DNA of 64,000 bases from assembly GCA_963702425.1 (NCBI GenBank), contig CAVPCQ010000032.1:160001-224000 (forward strand), read 5' to 3'. The notes under the pieces were generated by a model that was given only the letters and a program-made list of their open reading frames with translations, did no database searches and was not told the origin of the DNA. Positions within the stretch are counted from its first letter, which is position 1. Each line of letters opens with the position of its first letter. This stretch comes from an uncultured Acidobacteriota bacterium (GTDB lineage Bacteria; Acidobacteriota; Polarisedimenticolia; J045). Shown here one piece after another: positions 43,226 through 54,580 of the stretch. The translations under genes and the position numbers were made by a program.

Positions 43226-43344
43226 GGTCCGAATGGGCGGCGTCGGCGCTATGATCTCCGCACTCGACGCGAGCATCCGGCCGGCCCGATCGCAGTTCCG
43301 CCCGCGGCCAGCCGGGAGTCCGACGCCGAGCAGAGGGAGGACCG

Positions 43345-43716
43345 ATGTCACGCCATTCCGTTTGTGCGGCGCTCGCCGCGCTCGCGCTCGTCGTCACGCC
43401 CGCCATCGCCCAGCAAGGCGCTCCCGAGATGACTCCGGAGCAGAAGGCCGAAATGGACGCGTACATGAAGGCCGGAACCCCGGGAGAACCGCACCGGCTG
43501 CTGGCCGCGTCCGCCGGCACGTACGATGTCAAGGTCCGAAGCTGGCAGGACCCGGGGGCGCCGCCGATGGAGGACACCGGAACCGCCGTGCGGACCGTCG
43601 ATCGAGGGCCACGTCGGATCGAGCGGTTCACTCCGAGATGTGGGAAGGTCACAGCTTCCCCCGAAGCGCCTTCAGGTCGTCGTCGACCTTGGCCTGCGCC
43701 GCCAGCTTGGGGTTGA
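43345..43716 (+). pseudogene. Truncated DUF1579-like secreted protein
   Basis: Signal peptide and [48 protein letters not shown]. Resemblance stops near 43600 and the ORF overlaps the convergent gene. Confidence 0.6.
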
Positions 43717-44611
43717 GCGCGATCGCACGCTTCGCCGCCTCGATCGCCCCCGCCTCGTCGCCGTTGGCGAGGCGGATCACCGCCAGGTCGTAGAGCACCT
43801 CCGGCAGCATCTCGGGGTGCGACTCGGCCCGCGCGGCGGCCTTCTTCTGCCAGGTCAGCGCCTCCGGGAAGCGCTTCTCCGTGAACGCCGTCCAGCCGCG
43901 GTTCCAGTCGTCGTTGACCAGCCCCAGCTCGGTCAGGCGGGCCAGTTCGCCGAAGGGGTCCTTCGAGTCGTCGACGCGCACGTCGATCGCGCGGTCGGTG
44001 AAGCCGCCGTAACCGCCACTGGCGCGGGCCACGATCAGTGCCGCGGACTGCTTTCCGCGCGCGTCGCCGCCCGCGGCGTCCCCCGCGCGGAGCGCGGCGA
44101 GCATCCGCTCGGCCAGCGGCTTGCCCGCACTCTCGAGGAACGCCTTCTCCATCGCGACGACGACCGTCTCGCCGGCGAGGATGTTCCCCTGCACGGCGTA
44201 GCCGGGGCCGCTGCGGCCGCCGGCCCAGGCGTTGCAGCCGGGGCCGGTGAAGGTCGCGGACGCGCCCGACGGCGCGACGATCCCGACCTGCCGCCGATCG
44301 CGCCCGTCGTCGGCGCGCAGCAGCACGTCGAGGACTTCCTTGGGTGCGACGCCGAGCGCCAGTAGCTCGAGGCCGCGCGGGCCGAAGCCCGTGTTGGCGT
44401 AGGCCTGCGTCGCGACCGCCCCGGCGCCTGCCTTTGCCCACGGCACGACGCTGCCGACGGCGAAGAAGCGGCTCGCGACGGCGACGCCGACCTCGCCCGT
44501 GGCCGGATCGGCGGCCGCGATCGAGAAGGTCGCGGGGGGCGGGGGGCCGGCGGCAAGCGCGGGGGCGGCGATTAGGACGGCCAGGGACACCATGCCCAGG
44601 ATGCGTTTCAT
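43649..44611 (-). CDS. DUF1028 (Ntn-hydrolase-like) protein with signal peptide and C-terminal TPR
   Basis: [54 protein letters not shown]. Confidence 0.9.
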   Translation of the reverse strand: MKRILGMVSLAVLIAAPALAAGPPPPATFSIAAADPATGEVGVAVASRFFAVGSVVPWAKAGAGAVATQAYANTGFGPRGLELLALGVAPKEVLDVLLRADDGRDRRQVGIVAPSGASATFTGPGCNAWAGGRSGPGYAVQGNILAGETVVVAMEKAFLESAGKPLAERMLAALRAGDAAGGDARGKQSAALIVARASGGYGGFTDRAIDVRVDDSKDPFGELARLTELGLVNDDWNRGWTAFTEKRFPEALTWQKKAAARAESHPEMLPEVLYDLAVIRLANGDEAGAIEAAKRAIALNPKLAAQAKVDDDLKALRGKL

Positions 44612-44623
44612 GAAGCCCTCGTG

Positions 44624-44650
44624 CGGGCCGGCACGGAGGCCGGCCCCTAC
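44624..44650 (-). repeat. REP palindrome copy (complete GTAG type)
   Basis: CGGGCCGGCACGGAGGCCGGCCCCTAC. Confidence 0.88.
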
Positions 44651-44665
44651 AGGTGCGCGAACCGA

Positions 44666-46295
44666 TTAGGGGTGCGCCGGAAGCTGCATGAAGAAGTCGT
44701 TCCCCTTGTCGTCGACCAGGATGAAGGCCGGGAAGTCCTCGACCTCGATCCGGTAGATCGCCTCCATCCCCAGCTCGGGGTATTCGAGCAACTCCACCTT
44801 CTTGATGTTGTCCTGCGCCAGGATCGCCGCCGGTCCGCCGATCGAGCCGAGGTAGAACCCGCCGTGCTTCTGGCAGGCGTCGGTCACGGCCTTGCTGCGG
44901 TTCCCCTTGGCGATCATCACCAGCGACCCGCCCAGCGACTGGAAGAGGTCGACGTAGCTGTCCATCCGCCCCGCGGTCGTCGGCCCAAACGAGCCCGACG
45001 CCATCCCCGGCGGCGTCTTGGCGGGCCCGGCGTAGTAGACCGGGTGATCCTTCAGGTACTGCGGCATCCCCTCGCCGCGGTCGATCCGCTCCTTGATCTT
45101 CGCGTGCGCGATGTCGCGGGCCACGACGATCGTGCCGGTCAGGAGCAGCGGCGTCGAGACCGGGTGCTTCGACAGCTCGGCGCGGATCTCCGCCATCGGC
45201 CGGTTGAGGTCGACCGGGACGCCATGCTTGTGCTTGACCGCGCCGCGGTACTTCTCGGGCAGGAACCGCGCCGGGTCGCGCTCCAGCTCCTCCAGCCAAA
45301 GTCCGCTGCGGTCGATGTACGCCTTCACGTTGCGGTCCGCGGAGCACGAGACGCCGATCCCGACCGGGCACGAGGCCCCGTGGCGCGGCAGCCGCACGAC
45401 GCGCGCGTCGAGCGCGAACCACTTGCCGCCGAACTGCGCGCCGATCCCGGTCTTCGCGGCCAGCTCGACGACCTTCGCTTCCAGCTCGGGGTCGCGGAAG
45501 GCGCGGCCGTTCGTGTCGCCGGTCGTGGGCAGGTGGTCGAGGTAGCCGGCGCTGGCCAGCTTGACCGTCTTGAGGCGTCGCTTCGGCCGAGGTCCCGCCG
45601 ATCACGATCGCCAGGTGGTACGGCGGGCAGGCCGCCGTGCCCAGCGAGCGCAGCTTCTCGACCAGGAACTTCTCGAGGCTCGCCGGGTTCGAGCAGCGCC
45701 TTCGTCTCCTGGAACAGCATCGACTTGTTGGCCGAGCCGCCCCCCTTGGCGATGAAGACGAACTCGTAGCGCTCGCCATCGGTGGCGTAGATGTCGATCT
45801 GCGCGGGGAGGTTGGTGCCGGAGTTCTTCTCCTCGTACATCGTCAGCGGGACCGTCTGCGAGTAGCGCAGGCTCTCTTTCGTGTAGGTCTCGAAGACGCC
45901 GCGCGAGAGCCACTCCTCGTCCTTGACGCCGGTGAAGACGCGCTGCCCCTTCTTGGCGAAGATCGTCGCGGTCCCGGTGTCCTGGCACATCGGGAGCTGC
46001 ATCCGCGCCGCCACCTCGGCGTTCTTGAGCAGCGTCAGTGCGACGCCGCGGTCGTTGGGCGACGACTCCGGGTCGGCGAGGATCGCGGCGACCTTCTCGA
46101 GGTGCGCGGCGCGGTAGAGGAACGACACGTCGCGGAACGCCTCGCGCGCGATCATCGTCAGCGCCTCCGGCGCGACCTTGAGGATCTCGCTGCCCCTCGA
46201 AGCGGCGCGATGGAAACGTGCTCGGCGGTGAGGTGGCGGTACTTCGTGTCGTCCGGACCGAGCGGAATGGGGCTGGTGTAGGCGAAGTCGGGCAT
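44666..46295 (-). CDS. fumA: Class I (Fe-S) fumarate hydratase (frameshifts near 46200, 45690, 45580)
   Basis: [85 protein letters not shown] -10 upstream. Confidence 0.93.
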
Positions 46296-46355
46296 GGTGC
46301 CGCTCCTGGTGTGGGGAGGCGGGATTGTAAACCACCGCTTGCCGCGCCGGGCCCG

Positions 46356-48200
46356 TCAGGGACAGATCCCCGTCCGCTCCTGCCCCGCCCAGTTCTGGCC
46401 CCAGCTCCCGACGCGGGGGAGGATCGGCCGGGTGAGGTAGTAGTAGACCTTCGCCGCGGGCGGCTTGGCGCTGTCGAGGATCTTGAGCGCGGTCGTCTCC
46501 CACTTGGTGCAGGGGGTCGGAGTGCTCGGGAAGGTCGCGCGGTCGGAGCGGACGACGGCGTATCTCGTCGCCCCCGACTGGGCAGTCCAGGAGTACTCCG
46601 TGGGGTCGAGCTTGTTGTGGAATCCCGAGTCGCCGGAGGTCTCGTCGACCACCCCGTATCCGGGGTCGCCCGGGCACTGGTTGTCCAGGCCGTCGTTGGT
46701 CTCGGCCGCCCGGGGGTAGGTCGAGGCCCGCGCGTCGTCGCAGTCCCCCTCGCACTCGGCGTAGCTGTCGGCGTCGTTGTCGCTGTCGACGCGCGCCAGC
46801 GCCGCGCGCAAGTTCGGTCGCGGACCGATGTGGCCGGGGTAGGGCCCCGTCACCTCCGCCGTGCCGGTCTGGACGAGCAGGTCGCGCACCGTGCGCGGCG
46901 CGAGAGCCGCGCCGCCACAACTCTTCTGCACCCCCTGGATCGCGGCCGCGGCGCCCGCCCCCATCGGGCTGGCCGCGCTCGTTCCGCTGAATTCGGAGGT
47001 GTAGTACTGGTTGGGATCGCCGCCGCCGTTGAAGTAGTCGCCGTACCCGGTCGAGCCGACGTCGTCGCCCCAGCCCTGGATGTCGAGGCGCGAGCCGTAG
47101 GTGGAGAAGTCCATCCGCGAGCGGTCGGGGAGCGGGCCATAGGTCGTCGATCCGGCGCCGACGATGATCGCTCCGGAGTCGCGGATCGATCGGTTGAACT
47201 TGCCGCCGAAGACGGCGTGGTCCAGGTCCTCGCCGCCGTTCCCTGCCGGCTCGACGACGACGACACCCGACGCCGTTGCGATCGAGATCGCGTCGTAGTT
47301 CGCCTGGTCCCACTCCACCGGGACGTAGTCGTTGGTGCCGTCGCCATCGTGGTCGCGCGGACCGTAGGTCTGCGCCTCGATCAGCATCACGTCGCCCGGG
47401 TCCATGAATCCGGTGGCGCAGTCGATCGCGGCGGCCACGTTGTAGGAGCCGCCGCTCGGCAGGTCGGTCACGAACCGCGGCGTCGCCTGGTGGACGATGC
47501 CGGTCGTTCCGTAGCCGTTGCGCCCCGCGAACAGCTCCCCCATCACCGCGGTCCCGTGCTCGATCTCCTGGGCCGTCGGCGTTCCGCAGCGCTGCGCGGC
47601 GACCGTGCTGTTGAGGTCCTCGTGGGCCGTGCGCCAGCTATACTCGATGTCTGTGACAACGACGTTCAACCCACCGCCACCCGGGCGGGTCCAGGCGTAC
47701 TCGGCGTCGATGCCGGTCGGGGCCGGGTCGAGGTAGAGGAGATCGGCTTCGCCGTCGGGTGTCGGCGGCGGGATGTCGGCCGGCGGCGGCGGCGGCAGTG
47801 CGGGGCGGTAGACCGTCTCGACCAGCGCCAGGCCGCGCAGCGCGTCCGCCAGGGAATCGCACAGGTCCGGATCGACGGCGAACTCGACGTAGCCGTTGAG
47901 ATCGGGCAGGCGTCGACCGGACCGCGACTCGGCCGCGGCACGCGTGGCGTCCACCGCCGGCTCGTCCCGGAAAAGCGTGCGCGCGGGCAGCGGCCGCCCG
48001 AAACGCGTGAGCACCGCCTCGAGCGACGACATGTCCACGCCACGGAGCGAAACGAGCGCCGTTCCCCGCAGTCGGACCTGCGCGTCGTCCACGAACTTCA
48101 CGACGAGCCGGTCGGCGGCGCGACCGGTCGTGTCGTGCTGGGCCGCCAGCGCGAAGCCGACCGATGCCAGGAGAAGTGCAGCGTAGCCGCGGTGCGCCAT
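46356..48200 (-). CDS. Secreted S8 serine protease with MopE-like DCDD motif and CP-ending C-terminal domain
   Basis: [27 protein letters not shown]; [25 protein letters not shown]; ends YYYLTR...[17 protein letters not shown]. Confidence 0.88.
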   Translation of the reverse strand: MAHRGYAALLLASVGFALAAQHDTTGRAADRLVVKFVDDAQVRLRGTALVSLRGVDMSSLEAVLTRFGRPLPARTLFRDEPAVDATRAAAESRSGRRLPDLNGYVEFAVDPDLCDSLADALRGLALVETVYRPALPPPPPADIPPPTPDGEADLLYLDPAPTGIDAEYAWTRPGGGGLNVVVTDIEYSWRTAHEDLNSTVAAQRCGTPTAQEIEHGTAVMGELFAGRNGYGTTGIVHQATPRFVTDLPSGGSYNVAAAIDCATGFMDPGDVMLIEAQTYGPRDHDGDGTNDYVPVEWDQANYDAISIATASGVVVVEPAGNGGEDLDHAVFGGKFNRSIRDSGAIIVGAGSTTYGPLPDRSRMDFSTYGSRLDIQGWGDDVGSTGYGDYFNGGGDPNQYYTSEFSGTSAASPMGAGAAAAIQGVQKSCGGAALAPRTVRDLLVQTGTAEVTGPYPGHIGPRPNLRAALARVDSDNDADSYAECEGDCDDARASTYPRAAETNDGLDNQCPGDPGYGVVDETSGDSGFHNKLDPTEYSWTAQSGATRYAVVRSDRATFPSTPTPCTKWETTALKILDSAKPPAAKVYYYLTRPILPRVGSWGQNWAGQERTGICP

Positions 48201-48424
48201 GCGGGCCCCCATCGCCGGAGTGGATCCCGGGTTCTGGCGCGGGTGCAGCTCGGGGGCGGTCAACGCGTCACGACGACGGGCAGGATGGCCGTCCCCACCG
48301 GCTGCATCCCGTCGAGCGAGTCGATTCTCGCGCCCCGCGCCTGCTTTGATCAAGCCCCGGCGCGGGCCGTCCGGGACCGCCGGGATCCGATAGAATGCCG
48401 GAGTTCTCCAGGAGCGCTCGGAGC

Positions 48425-48886
48425 GTGCCTTTGATCCCCTCGTTTCCGCCCTGCCCCGCTGCCGGCGCGCCGCCGGACCGCCGGCTCGTGCTCGAGCTGC
48501 TCGCCGCCGGCGCCGCCGGGGCCTTGGTCCTCGAGGTCTCGTTCCTCGCGGGGTGCGGCGGCTCGGAGCCGCCCGGGCCATCGGTCGTCACCGTGCCGCT
48601 CGCGGACCTGCCGGAGGGCAAGCGCCTCGTCGTGAAGGTCGGCACCACCCCGGTCGAGCTGCGCCGGACCGGCGAGACGATCGTCGCGCGCTCGCTGCTC
48701 TGCACCCACCAGGGCTGCGTCGTCGCCTGGCAGGAGGAGATCCAGCAGTACAAGTGCCCGTGTCAGGGGGCGTGGTTCGACATCAACGGCCAGGTCATCT
48801 CCGGGCCGACGACGAAGCCGCTCGTCGAGTTCCCGGTGACGATCGTCGAGAACGCCGCCCGCGTCACGGAGCCTGGAAAGTCCTGA
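48425..48886 (+). CDS. Rieske [2Fe-2S] domain protein with Tat-like lipoprotein signal
   Basis: DRRLVL...LAGC; box 1 CTHQGC; box 2 CPCQGAWF (Gln in place of His); GQVISGP..KPL. Start uncertain. Confidence 0.8.
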   Translation: MPLIPSFPPCPAAGAPPDRRLVLELLAAGAAGALVLEVSFLAGCGGSEPPGPSVVTVPLADLPEGKRLVVKVGTTPVELRRTGETIVARSLLCTHQGCVVAWQEEIQQYKCPCQGAWFDINGQVISGPTTKPLVEFPVTIVENAARVTEPGKS

Positions 48887-48984
48887 CGTTCCAGGCCGTT
48901 CGCGAGGGCCGCGCTGGCGCCCGGTCGCTCCGCGCGTCATCATCACCGGTCGTTTCCCCCTCTTCCTTCCTCTCCGAGACCGCC

Positions 48985-49707
48985 ATGGGACGCATCTTCG
49001 AAACCCGAAAACACGTCATGTTCGCCCGCTGGGACCGGATGGCGAAACAGTTCACCCGGATCGCCAAGGACATCGCGATGGCCGTCAAGGCCGGCGGAGC
49101 GGACCCGAACAGCAACCCGGCGCTGCGGCGCATCATCCAGAACGCACGCGCGATCAACATGCCCAAGGACAAGGTCGAGGCGGCGATCCGGCGCGCGGCG
49201 GGACAGGAAGCGACCGACTACCAGGAAGTGCTCTACGAAGGCTACGGGCCGCACGGCGTCCCGATCATCGTCGAGGCCGCAACCGACAACCCGAATCGCA
49301 CCGTCGCCAACCTGCGCGTGCACTTCAACAAGGGCGGCGGCACACTCGGCAACTCGGGAAGCGTCGCCTACCAGTTCAAGCGGATGGGCGTCTTCCGGCT
49401 CGACCCGGCCGGGATCGCGCAGGACGAGCTGGAGCTCGACCTGATCGACTTCGGACTCGAGGAGATGGGCGAGGGAACGGGCGAGAAGGGCGAACTGCAG
49501 TTGGTCATCCGCTGCGCGCTGGTCGATCTCGGCACCCTGCAGAAGGCCCTCGAGGAGCGCGGGATCACGCCGATCTCCGCCGAATCGGCGTACGTCGGCT
49601 TGACCCCGACCGAACTTCCCGAAGCGCAGGCCAACGAGGTGCTCGAACTGATCGACCGGCTCGAGCAGGACGACGACGTACAGCGGGTGTTCCACACGCT
49701 GGCGTAG
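48985..49707 (+). CDS. yebC: YebC/PmpR family protein
   Basis: [50 protein letters not shown]. Confidence 0.95.
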   Translation: MGRIFETRKHVMFARWDRMAKQFTRIAKDIAMAVKAGGADPNSNPALRRIIQNARAINMPKDKVEAAIRRAAGQEATDYQEVLYEGYGPHGVPIIVEAATDNPNRTVANLRVHFNKGGGTLGNSGSVAYQFKRMGVFRLDPAGIAQDELELDLIDFGLEEMGEGTGEKGELQLVIRCALVDLGTLQKALEERGITPISAESAYVGLTPTELPEAQANEVLELIDRLEQDDDVQRVFHTLA

Positions 49708-49761
49708 GGGCCGGTGCGCCCGACGGAGCGGCCGCGGAGCGGCGCGGAGACGGGCCCCTAC
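49704..49761. repeat. Degenerate REP pair spanning two convergent stop codons
   Basis: GTAGGGGCC...GGCCCCTAC; each GTAG end contains the TAG stop of a flanking gene. Confidence 0.65.
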
Positions 49762-50273
49762 TGGGCGGTCGGCTCGTCGACCCAGTCCTCGGGGTCGGGC
49801 TCCTCGCCCGGCGGGAGCTTCGCCAGCTCCGTCTTCACCAGCTCGATGTGGTGGATCTCGTCGCCGCGCAGCTCCTCGAACAGGGCCCGCACATCGGCGT
49901 TCGTGATGCTCGGCAGCGCACGGTCGAAGTAGGCGTAGGCCTTCTCCTCCGAGCGCAGGGCGGTCATCAACGCCGCGCGCGGGCTCATGAAGGCGCGCGC
50001 CTGGTCGTAGTCCGGCGCCTCGACGTCGAGGATCATCGCCGACGACACGGCAGCCGGCGCGTTGCCGAACAGGTGCTTGCGGCGCGCCGCCAGCTCGCTG
50101 CCGTGCTTCTCCTCGTTGACCGCCATGAAGCGGAAGAACTTCTCCGCGTCCGGGGTGTGGTGCGCCGACATCTGGTCGGCGAACTCGAGGTAGCGGTCTT
50201 CGGCTTCCTGCTCGATCAGCACGGCCAGGTCGAGCGCGTCCTTCATGGAGAGGCGGGAAAAGTCGATGTTCAT
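49758..50273 (-). CDS. Ferritin-like / rubrerythrin-family diiron protein
   Basis: LAVLIEQEAEDRY, NEEKH, ALRSEEKAYAYF, DEIHH. Confidence 0.88.
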   Translation of the reverse strand: MNIDFSRLSMKDALDLAVLIEQEAEDRYLEFADQMSAHHTPDAEKFFRFMAVNEEKHGSELAARRKHLFGNAPAAVSSAMILDVEAPDYDQARAFMSPRAALMTALRSEEKAYAYFDRALPSITNADVRALFEELRGDEIHHIELVKTELAKLPPGEEPDPEDWVDEPTAQ

Positions 50274-50303
50274 CGGTCGGTCGCTCCTCGCGTTCGGCTC
50301 GGA

Positions 50304-51188
50304 CTACTTCTGCAGGAAGACTTCCAGGATCCGCTCGCGCGGCGGAGCGGTCGCCATCATCTCCTGCTGCCGCTCGAGCACCAACCTGTCGTAGGTCGGC
50401 GGCGGGTCCGGGTTGCGGTAGAAGATGCCGGTGTAGAGCTCCGTCCCGTAGGCCTGCGCCAGGTCCATCGCGCGGATCCGGTCCTCCGGGTTGTGACCCA
50501 GGCTCTCCAGCGTGGTCATCTTGGCGCGGTGCGCCTTGATCTGCTGATCCTCCTCGCCGTAGGTCACGCACGGGGACTGGATGTTGACCAGCGCGAAGCC
50601 GGGGTAGCGGATTGCCTCCTCGAGCATCGCGGTCAACCCGGCCATGTCGGCCGGCGTCCCCTGCGCGACGAAGTGGCAGCCGTAGCCCAGCACGTAGAGC
50701 AGCGGATTGACCGGGTCCTCGAGGCTGCCGAGGCGCGAGGTGCAGGTCCTGGCGCCGCGCGGCGAGGTCGGCGAGAGCTGGCCCTTGGTCAGGCCGTAGA
50801 TCTGGTTGTCCATCACGATGTAGGCGATGTCCACGTTGCGCCGGATCGCGTGCGCCACGTGACCGCCGCCGATCGAGAAACCGTCGCCGTCACCGCCCGC
50901 CGCCAGCACGAGCAGCTCGGGCCGGGCGATCTTGATCCCCTGCGCGATCGGCAGCGCCCGGCCGTGCACGCTGTTGAAGCCGTAGGCGGTGGTGTAGCCG
51001 GGGATCCGCGACGAACAGCCGATGCCCGACACGAACGCGATCTCGTGCGCCGGCCGGTTGACGGCTGCCAGCGCGCGGTAGACGGCCTGCAGGACGCTGA
51101 AGTCCCCGCAGCCCGGACACCAGATCGGGCGCAGCTCGCTCTTGAAGTCCTTCGGGGTGAGTACTCCACACGGAGGCATCGTCGACAT
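50304..51188 (-). CDS. korB: 2-oxoacid:ferredoxin oxidoreductase beta subunit
   Basis: WCPGCGD, SGIGCSSR, HGRALP, GGDGD, DNQIYGLTKGQ, SPCVTY. Substrate not determined. Confidence 0.93.
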   Translation of the reverse strand: MSTMPPCGVLTPKDFKSELRPIWCPGCGDFSVLQAVYRALAAVNRPAHEIAFVSGIGCSSRIPGYTTAYGFNSVHGRALPIAQGIKIARPELLVLAAGGDGDGFSIGGGHVAHAIRRNVDIAYIVMDNQIYGLTKGQLSPTSPRGARTCTSRLGSLEDPVNPLLYVLGYGCHFVAQGTPADMAGLTAMLEEAIRYPGFALVNIQSPCVTYGEEDQQIKAHRAKMTTLESLGHNPEDRIRAMDLAQAYGTELYTGIFYRNPDPPPTYDRLVLERQQEMMATAPPRERILEVFLQK

Positions 51189-51196
51189 TTCTCACC

Positions 51197-52987
51197 TCAC
51201 TCCTGCGGCTGCATCTTCTCGCCGGACTGGCCGTGAATCCTCTTCAGCACGCCCTTGAGCCGGTCGACGACCTCTGCCGGCTGGTAGGGGTTCGCGCCGC
51301 TGCGGCACTGCGGCTCGATCGACTTCGGGACGTCGATGAACATCCGGAGCAGGCGCCAGAGCTGGCCCTGGTACGACTGCTCGACGATCAGGCCGCCCTT
51401 GAGCGAGGCGAAGAAGTCGCGGTAGACCTCCTCGACCACCGGGTAGAGCAGGTACGGGACCAGCAGCTTGACGTCGAGCCCCGCGGCCTGCGCCAGGTGC
51501 AGCGCCTCGCGGCAGACCCCGGCGCTGCTGCCCCAGCTGATCAGCCCGAGCTGGGCCTTGGGGTTCCCCTCGATCACGAACAGGTCCTTGCGGTGCTTCA
51601 GCGGCCCGAACTTCTTGAACCGCTTCTCGTTCATCTTCTCGTGCATGACGCCGCCGGCCACCGGGCCGCCGACCTCGTTGTGCTCGATGCCGGAGCTGAG
51701 GTAGTTGCCGCCCAGCATCCCGGGGTGGCTGATCGGGCTGATCCCCGACTCGGTGAAGCGGAAGCGGACGTAGTCCTCCAGCTCCGCGGCGTTCGGCTGC
51801 AGCCGCTCGACCAGCTTGAACCGGCTGGTGTCGATCGGGTCGACGATCTCTTTGCGCTGCGCAATCTCCTGGTCGCTGAGCACGATCACCGGCGTCTGAT
51901 ACTGCTCGGCGAGGTTGAACGCCTCGACCGTGACGTCGAAGGTGTCGGCCACCGTCGTCGGTGCCAGCACCGGCCGCATGACGTCGCCGTGCGCCGAGAA
52001 GACCGCCGCGAAGAGGTCGCCCTGCTCGGACTTGGTCGGGAGGCCGGTGGACGGCCCGCCGCGCTGCACGTCGATGATCACCAGCGGCAGCTCGGCGATC
52101 GTCGCCAGGCCGATGATCTCGGTCTTCAGCGAGAGGCCCGGGCCGGAGGTCGCGGTCATCGCCTTCTTACCGGCGAACGAAGCGCCGACCGCGGCGCCGA
52201 TGCCGGCGATCTCGTCCTCGGCCTGAAGCACCGCGCCGCCGTAACTCCAGACGTGACTGGAGAAGAACTGCATCACCTCCGTCGACGGCGTGATCGGGTA
52301 GCCGCCGAAGAACTGGCAGCCGGCGAAGATCGCGGCCGCCGCGCTCATGTCGTTCCCGTCGGTCAGCAGCAGGTGCTTGCGCTCGGTCTCCTGCAGCGCG
52401 ATCGTCATGTCATGGATGAGTGGATGCGTCTTGGCGAACTCGACTCCGGCATCGAAGGCGCGTTCGTTGGCCTCGACCAGCTCGGCTCCCTTCTTCTCCA
52501 GCTTCTTCCGGATCCCGCCCATCAGCGCCTCGCGCCCGAGACCGAACCAGCCGGAGAACAGGCCCAGCACGACGGTGTTCTTGGCCCGCTCGGTGCCGGC
52601 GGCCTTCTTCGCCAGCTCGCCGAACGGCACAGCGATCGCCTGCGCCGGCGTGACGCCGACCAGCGGCAGCTGGTCGGGCGCGGTCCCGGTCTTCTCCTCG
52701 TAGAGGACGATGGTGTTGCCGAGGACCGGCAGCTCTCCACCGAACTTCATGAAGTCTTCCCAGTTCAACGCGACCGCGACGTCCAGCCCTCCGCCGGGGT
52801 TGAGCACCGGCCGCGTCGAGAGCCGCACGCGGCACGACGACTCGCCGCCGCGGATCTGCGAGCCGAAGCTCTTGGTCATGATCCCGTGGTAGCCCTCGCG
52901 GGCCGCTCCCGCGATCAGGAACTCGCCGGCGGAGACGATCCCGTCGCCCCCCGAGCCGGCCATGCCGATGACCAGGTCGTCTCTCAT
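51197..52987 (-). CDS. korA: 2-oxoacid:ferredoxin oxidoreductase alpha subunit (fused gamma domain)
   Basis: AGSGGDG, IRGGES, GYPITPST, QAEDEIAG, ATSGPGLSL, QRGGPSTGLPT. Confidence 0.93.
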   Translation of the reverse strand: MRDDLVIGMAGSGGDGIVSAGEFLIAGAAREGYHGIMTKSFGSQIRGGESSCRVRLSTRPVLNPGGGLDVAVALNWEDFMKFGGELPVLGNTIVLYEEKTGTAPDQLPLVGVTPAQAIAVPFGELAKKAAGTERAKNTVVLGLFSGWFGLGREALMGGIRKKLEKKGAELVEANERAFDAGVEFAKTHPLIHDMTIALQETERKHLLLTDGNDMSAAAAIFAGCQFFGGYPITPSTEVMQFFSSHVWSYGGAVLQAEDEIAGIGAAVGASFAGKKAMTATSGPGLSLKTEIIGLATIAELPLVIIDVQRGGPSTGLPTKSEQGDLFAAVFSAHGDVMRPVLAPTTVADTFDVTVEAFNLAEQYQTPVIVLSDQEIAQRKEIVDPIDTSRFKLVERLQPNAAELEDYVRFRFTESGISPISHPGMLGGNYLSSGIEHNEVGGPVAGGVMHEKMNEKRFKKFGPLKHRKDLFVIEGNPKAQLGLISWGSSAGVCREALHLAQAAGLDVKLLVPYLLYPVVEEVYRDFFASLKGGLIVEQSYQGQLWRLLRMFIDVPKSIEPQCRSGANPYQPAEVVDRLKGVLKRIHGQSGEKMQPQE

Positions 52988-53254
52988 GTCCTACCCCGTG
53001 GATGGCCGCCCCGGCGTTCGGCGCGGAGGAACGCGTCCGGAGACGCGCGCCGCGCCGAGCGAGGCAGCGGAATCGGCAGTTTGCGGGAAGGGGCCCTCAC
53101 GCCGCAAGCGGAAAGGTAAGTCTCCACCCCCGGAAGGGCGGGCAGGCGCGCCGTTCGCTCGTTTACTTGTTGCGTGAATGAAGTTACTTTCACCGCCGCA
53201 GGGTGAAGGCGACCGGCCTTTCCCGGCGCGGGCCGGACTCGGGCCGGACGCGCG

Positions 53255-54580
53255 TCAGCTCCGCTCCAGCCGGACCACGGTCTCGGCGTGCCGCGTCTGC
53301 GGGAACATGTCGACCTGCACGATCTCCGCCGGCCGATAGCCGCCCGACGCGAGCACGGCGAGATCCCGCGCGAGCGACGCGATCGAGCAGGAGACGAGGA
53401 CGATCCGCGCCGGTCCGCCGCCCGCCCGCCCGCCCGCGAGGTCGTGCGCCAGCGGGCCCAGTCCGGTGCGCGGCGGATCGGCGACGAGCACGTCCCACGG
53501 GTCTGCGCGACGGGCCTGCCACGTCGCGCGCGCGTCGCCGGGCGAGAGGCTCAGCGATCCGCGCGAAGCGGGCGGCCGCTCGGGCGGTGCGGGCAGGCCC
53601 GGGAGCCGCGCCGCGGCGCGCACCGCCGCCTCGCTCTCCTCGAAGGCCTCGACGCGAGCCCCCGCGGCGGCCATCGGCCAGCTGAGAAACCCGGAGCCGG
53701 CATACAGCTCGAGCAGGCGCGGCCCGTCCGCAGCGCCTGCCATGCGGGCCACCTCGTCGGCCAGCAGGTCGCCGGCCGCGAGGTTGGATTGCAGGAACCC
53801 GCGCGCCGCGACCGCGATCGGCCGGCCGGCCGGCGTCGCGCCGAGGATCGAGGAGGCGCCGAGCAGCGCGGGCCGCGCGTCGCCGCGCGGCAGGCTGACC
53901 GCGATCCCGGCCAGCCCGCAGGCGTCGTCGCGAAGCAGCGACTCGCCGATCGCCGGCCACGTCGCCGGCGGCAGGTCGCGCGGGTTGAGCGTCAGCAGCG
54001 CGCCGGGCGCGCCGGGCAGGACGGTCAGCTCGAAGCCGGTCAGGTCGGGCGGAGCGAGCCGGAACAGCGCGTCGCGCAGCGCGCGATAGGCGTCGGCGAG
54101 CGGCGGCGCGAGCAGCGGGCACTCCGGCACGTCGACGACGCGCCAGTGGCCCAGCCCGTGGAAGCCGATCGTCGGCGCCTCGTCCTTGAATCCGGACTGG
54201 AAGCGCGCGCGCCAGCGGTAACCCAGCGCGTGCGGCGAGGCGACCCGCCGCACCGGGAGATCGAGCGCGTCGAGGTCCAGGCCGCGCGCTGCCGCCTGCT
54301 CGCCCAGCAGGCGCGCGCGCCAGGCCGACTGGGTCGCTTCTTCGAGGTGCAGCCAGTGGCAGCCGCCGCACTGCTGCGCCAGCGCGCACGGCGGCTCGCG
54401 CCGCCCCGGGCCGCGCTCGAGCGTGGCGACGACCTCGGCCCAGCCCTCGCGTTGCGGTGCGGGCGCCGCCTCGACCCGGTCGCCCGGGGCCGCGCCGTAG
54501 AGGTTCCAGCGCGCGCCGTCGTCGTCGCGCCCCGTGAACCACCCCCCGGCGCCCGGGCGCTCGACGCGGACGCGGATCAG
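53255..54580 (-). CDS. rlmD: RlmD/TrmA family RNA m5U methyltransferase (start uncertain, possibly CTG 54580)
   Basis: CALAQQCGGC...ECPLL Fe-S motif, FLQSN, LELYAGSG, DPPRTGL, VSC...LARD, DMFPQTRHAE. Confidence 0.85.
   Translation of the reverse strand: MIRVRVERPGAGGWFTGRDDDGARWNLYGAAPGDRVEAAPAPQREGWAEVVATLERGPGRREPPCALAQQCGGCHWLHLEEATQSAWRARLLGEQAAARGLDLDALDLPVRRVASPHALGYRWRARFQSGFKDEAPTIGFHGLGHWRVVDVPECPLLAPPLADAYRALRDALFRLAPPDLTGFELTVLPGAPGALLTLNPRDLPPATWPAIGESLLRDDACGLAGIAVSLPRGDARPALLGASSILGATPAGRPIAVAARGFLQSNLAAGDLLADEVARMAGAADGPRLLELYAGSGFLSWPMAAAGARVEAFEESEAAVRAAARLPGLPAPPERPPASRGSLSLSPGDARATWQARRADPWDVLVADPPRTGLGPLAHDLAGGRAGGGPARIVLVSCSIASLARDLAVLASGGYRPAEIVQVDMFPQTRHAETVVRLERS

Noticed and set aside
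44666-46295. Programmed frameshifting or a split two-subunit fumarase
   Set aside because: There are three breaks at positions without obvious slippery sites, and similar breaks occur throughout the window, so sequencing error is the simpler explanation.
53168-53200. Rex/FNR-like operator upstream of korA (GTGAA...TTCAC)
   Set aside because: Half-site spacing does not match either consensus, so it is too weak to call.
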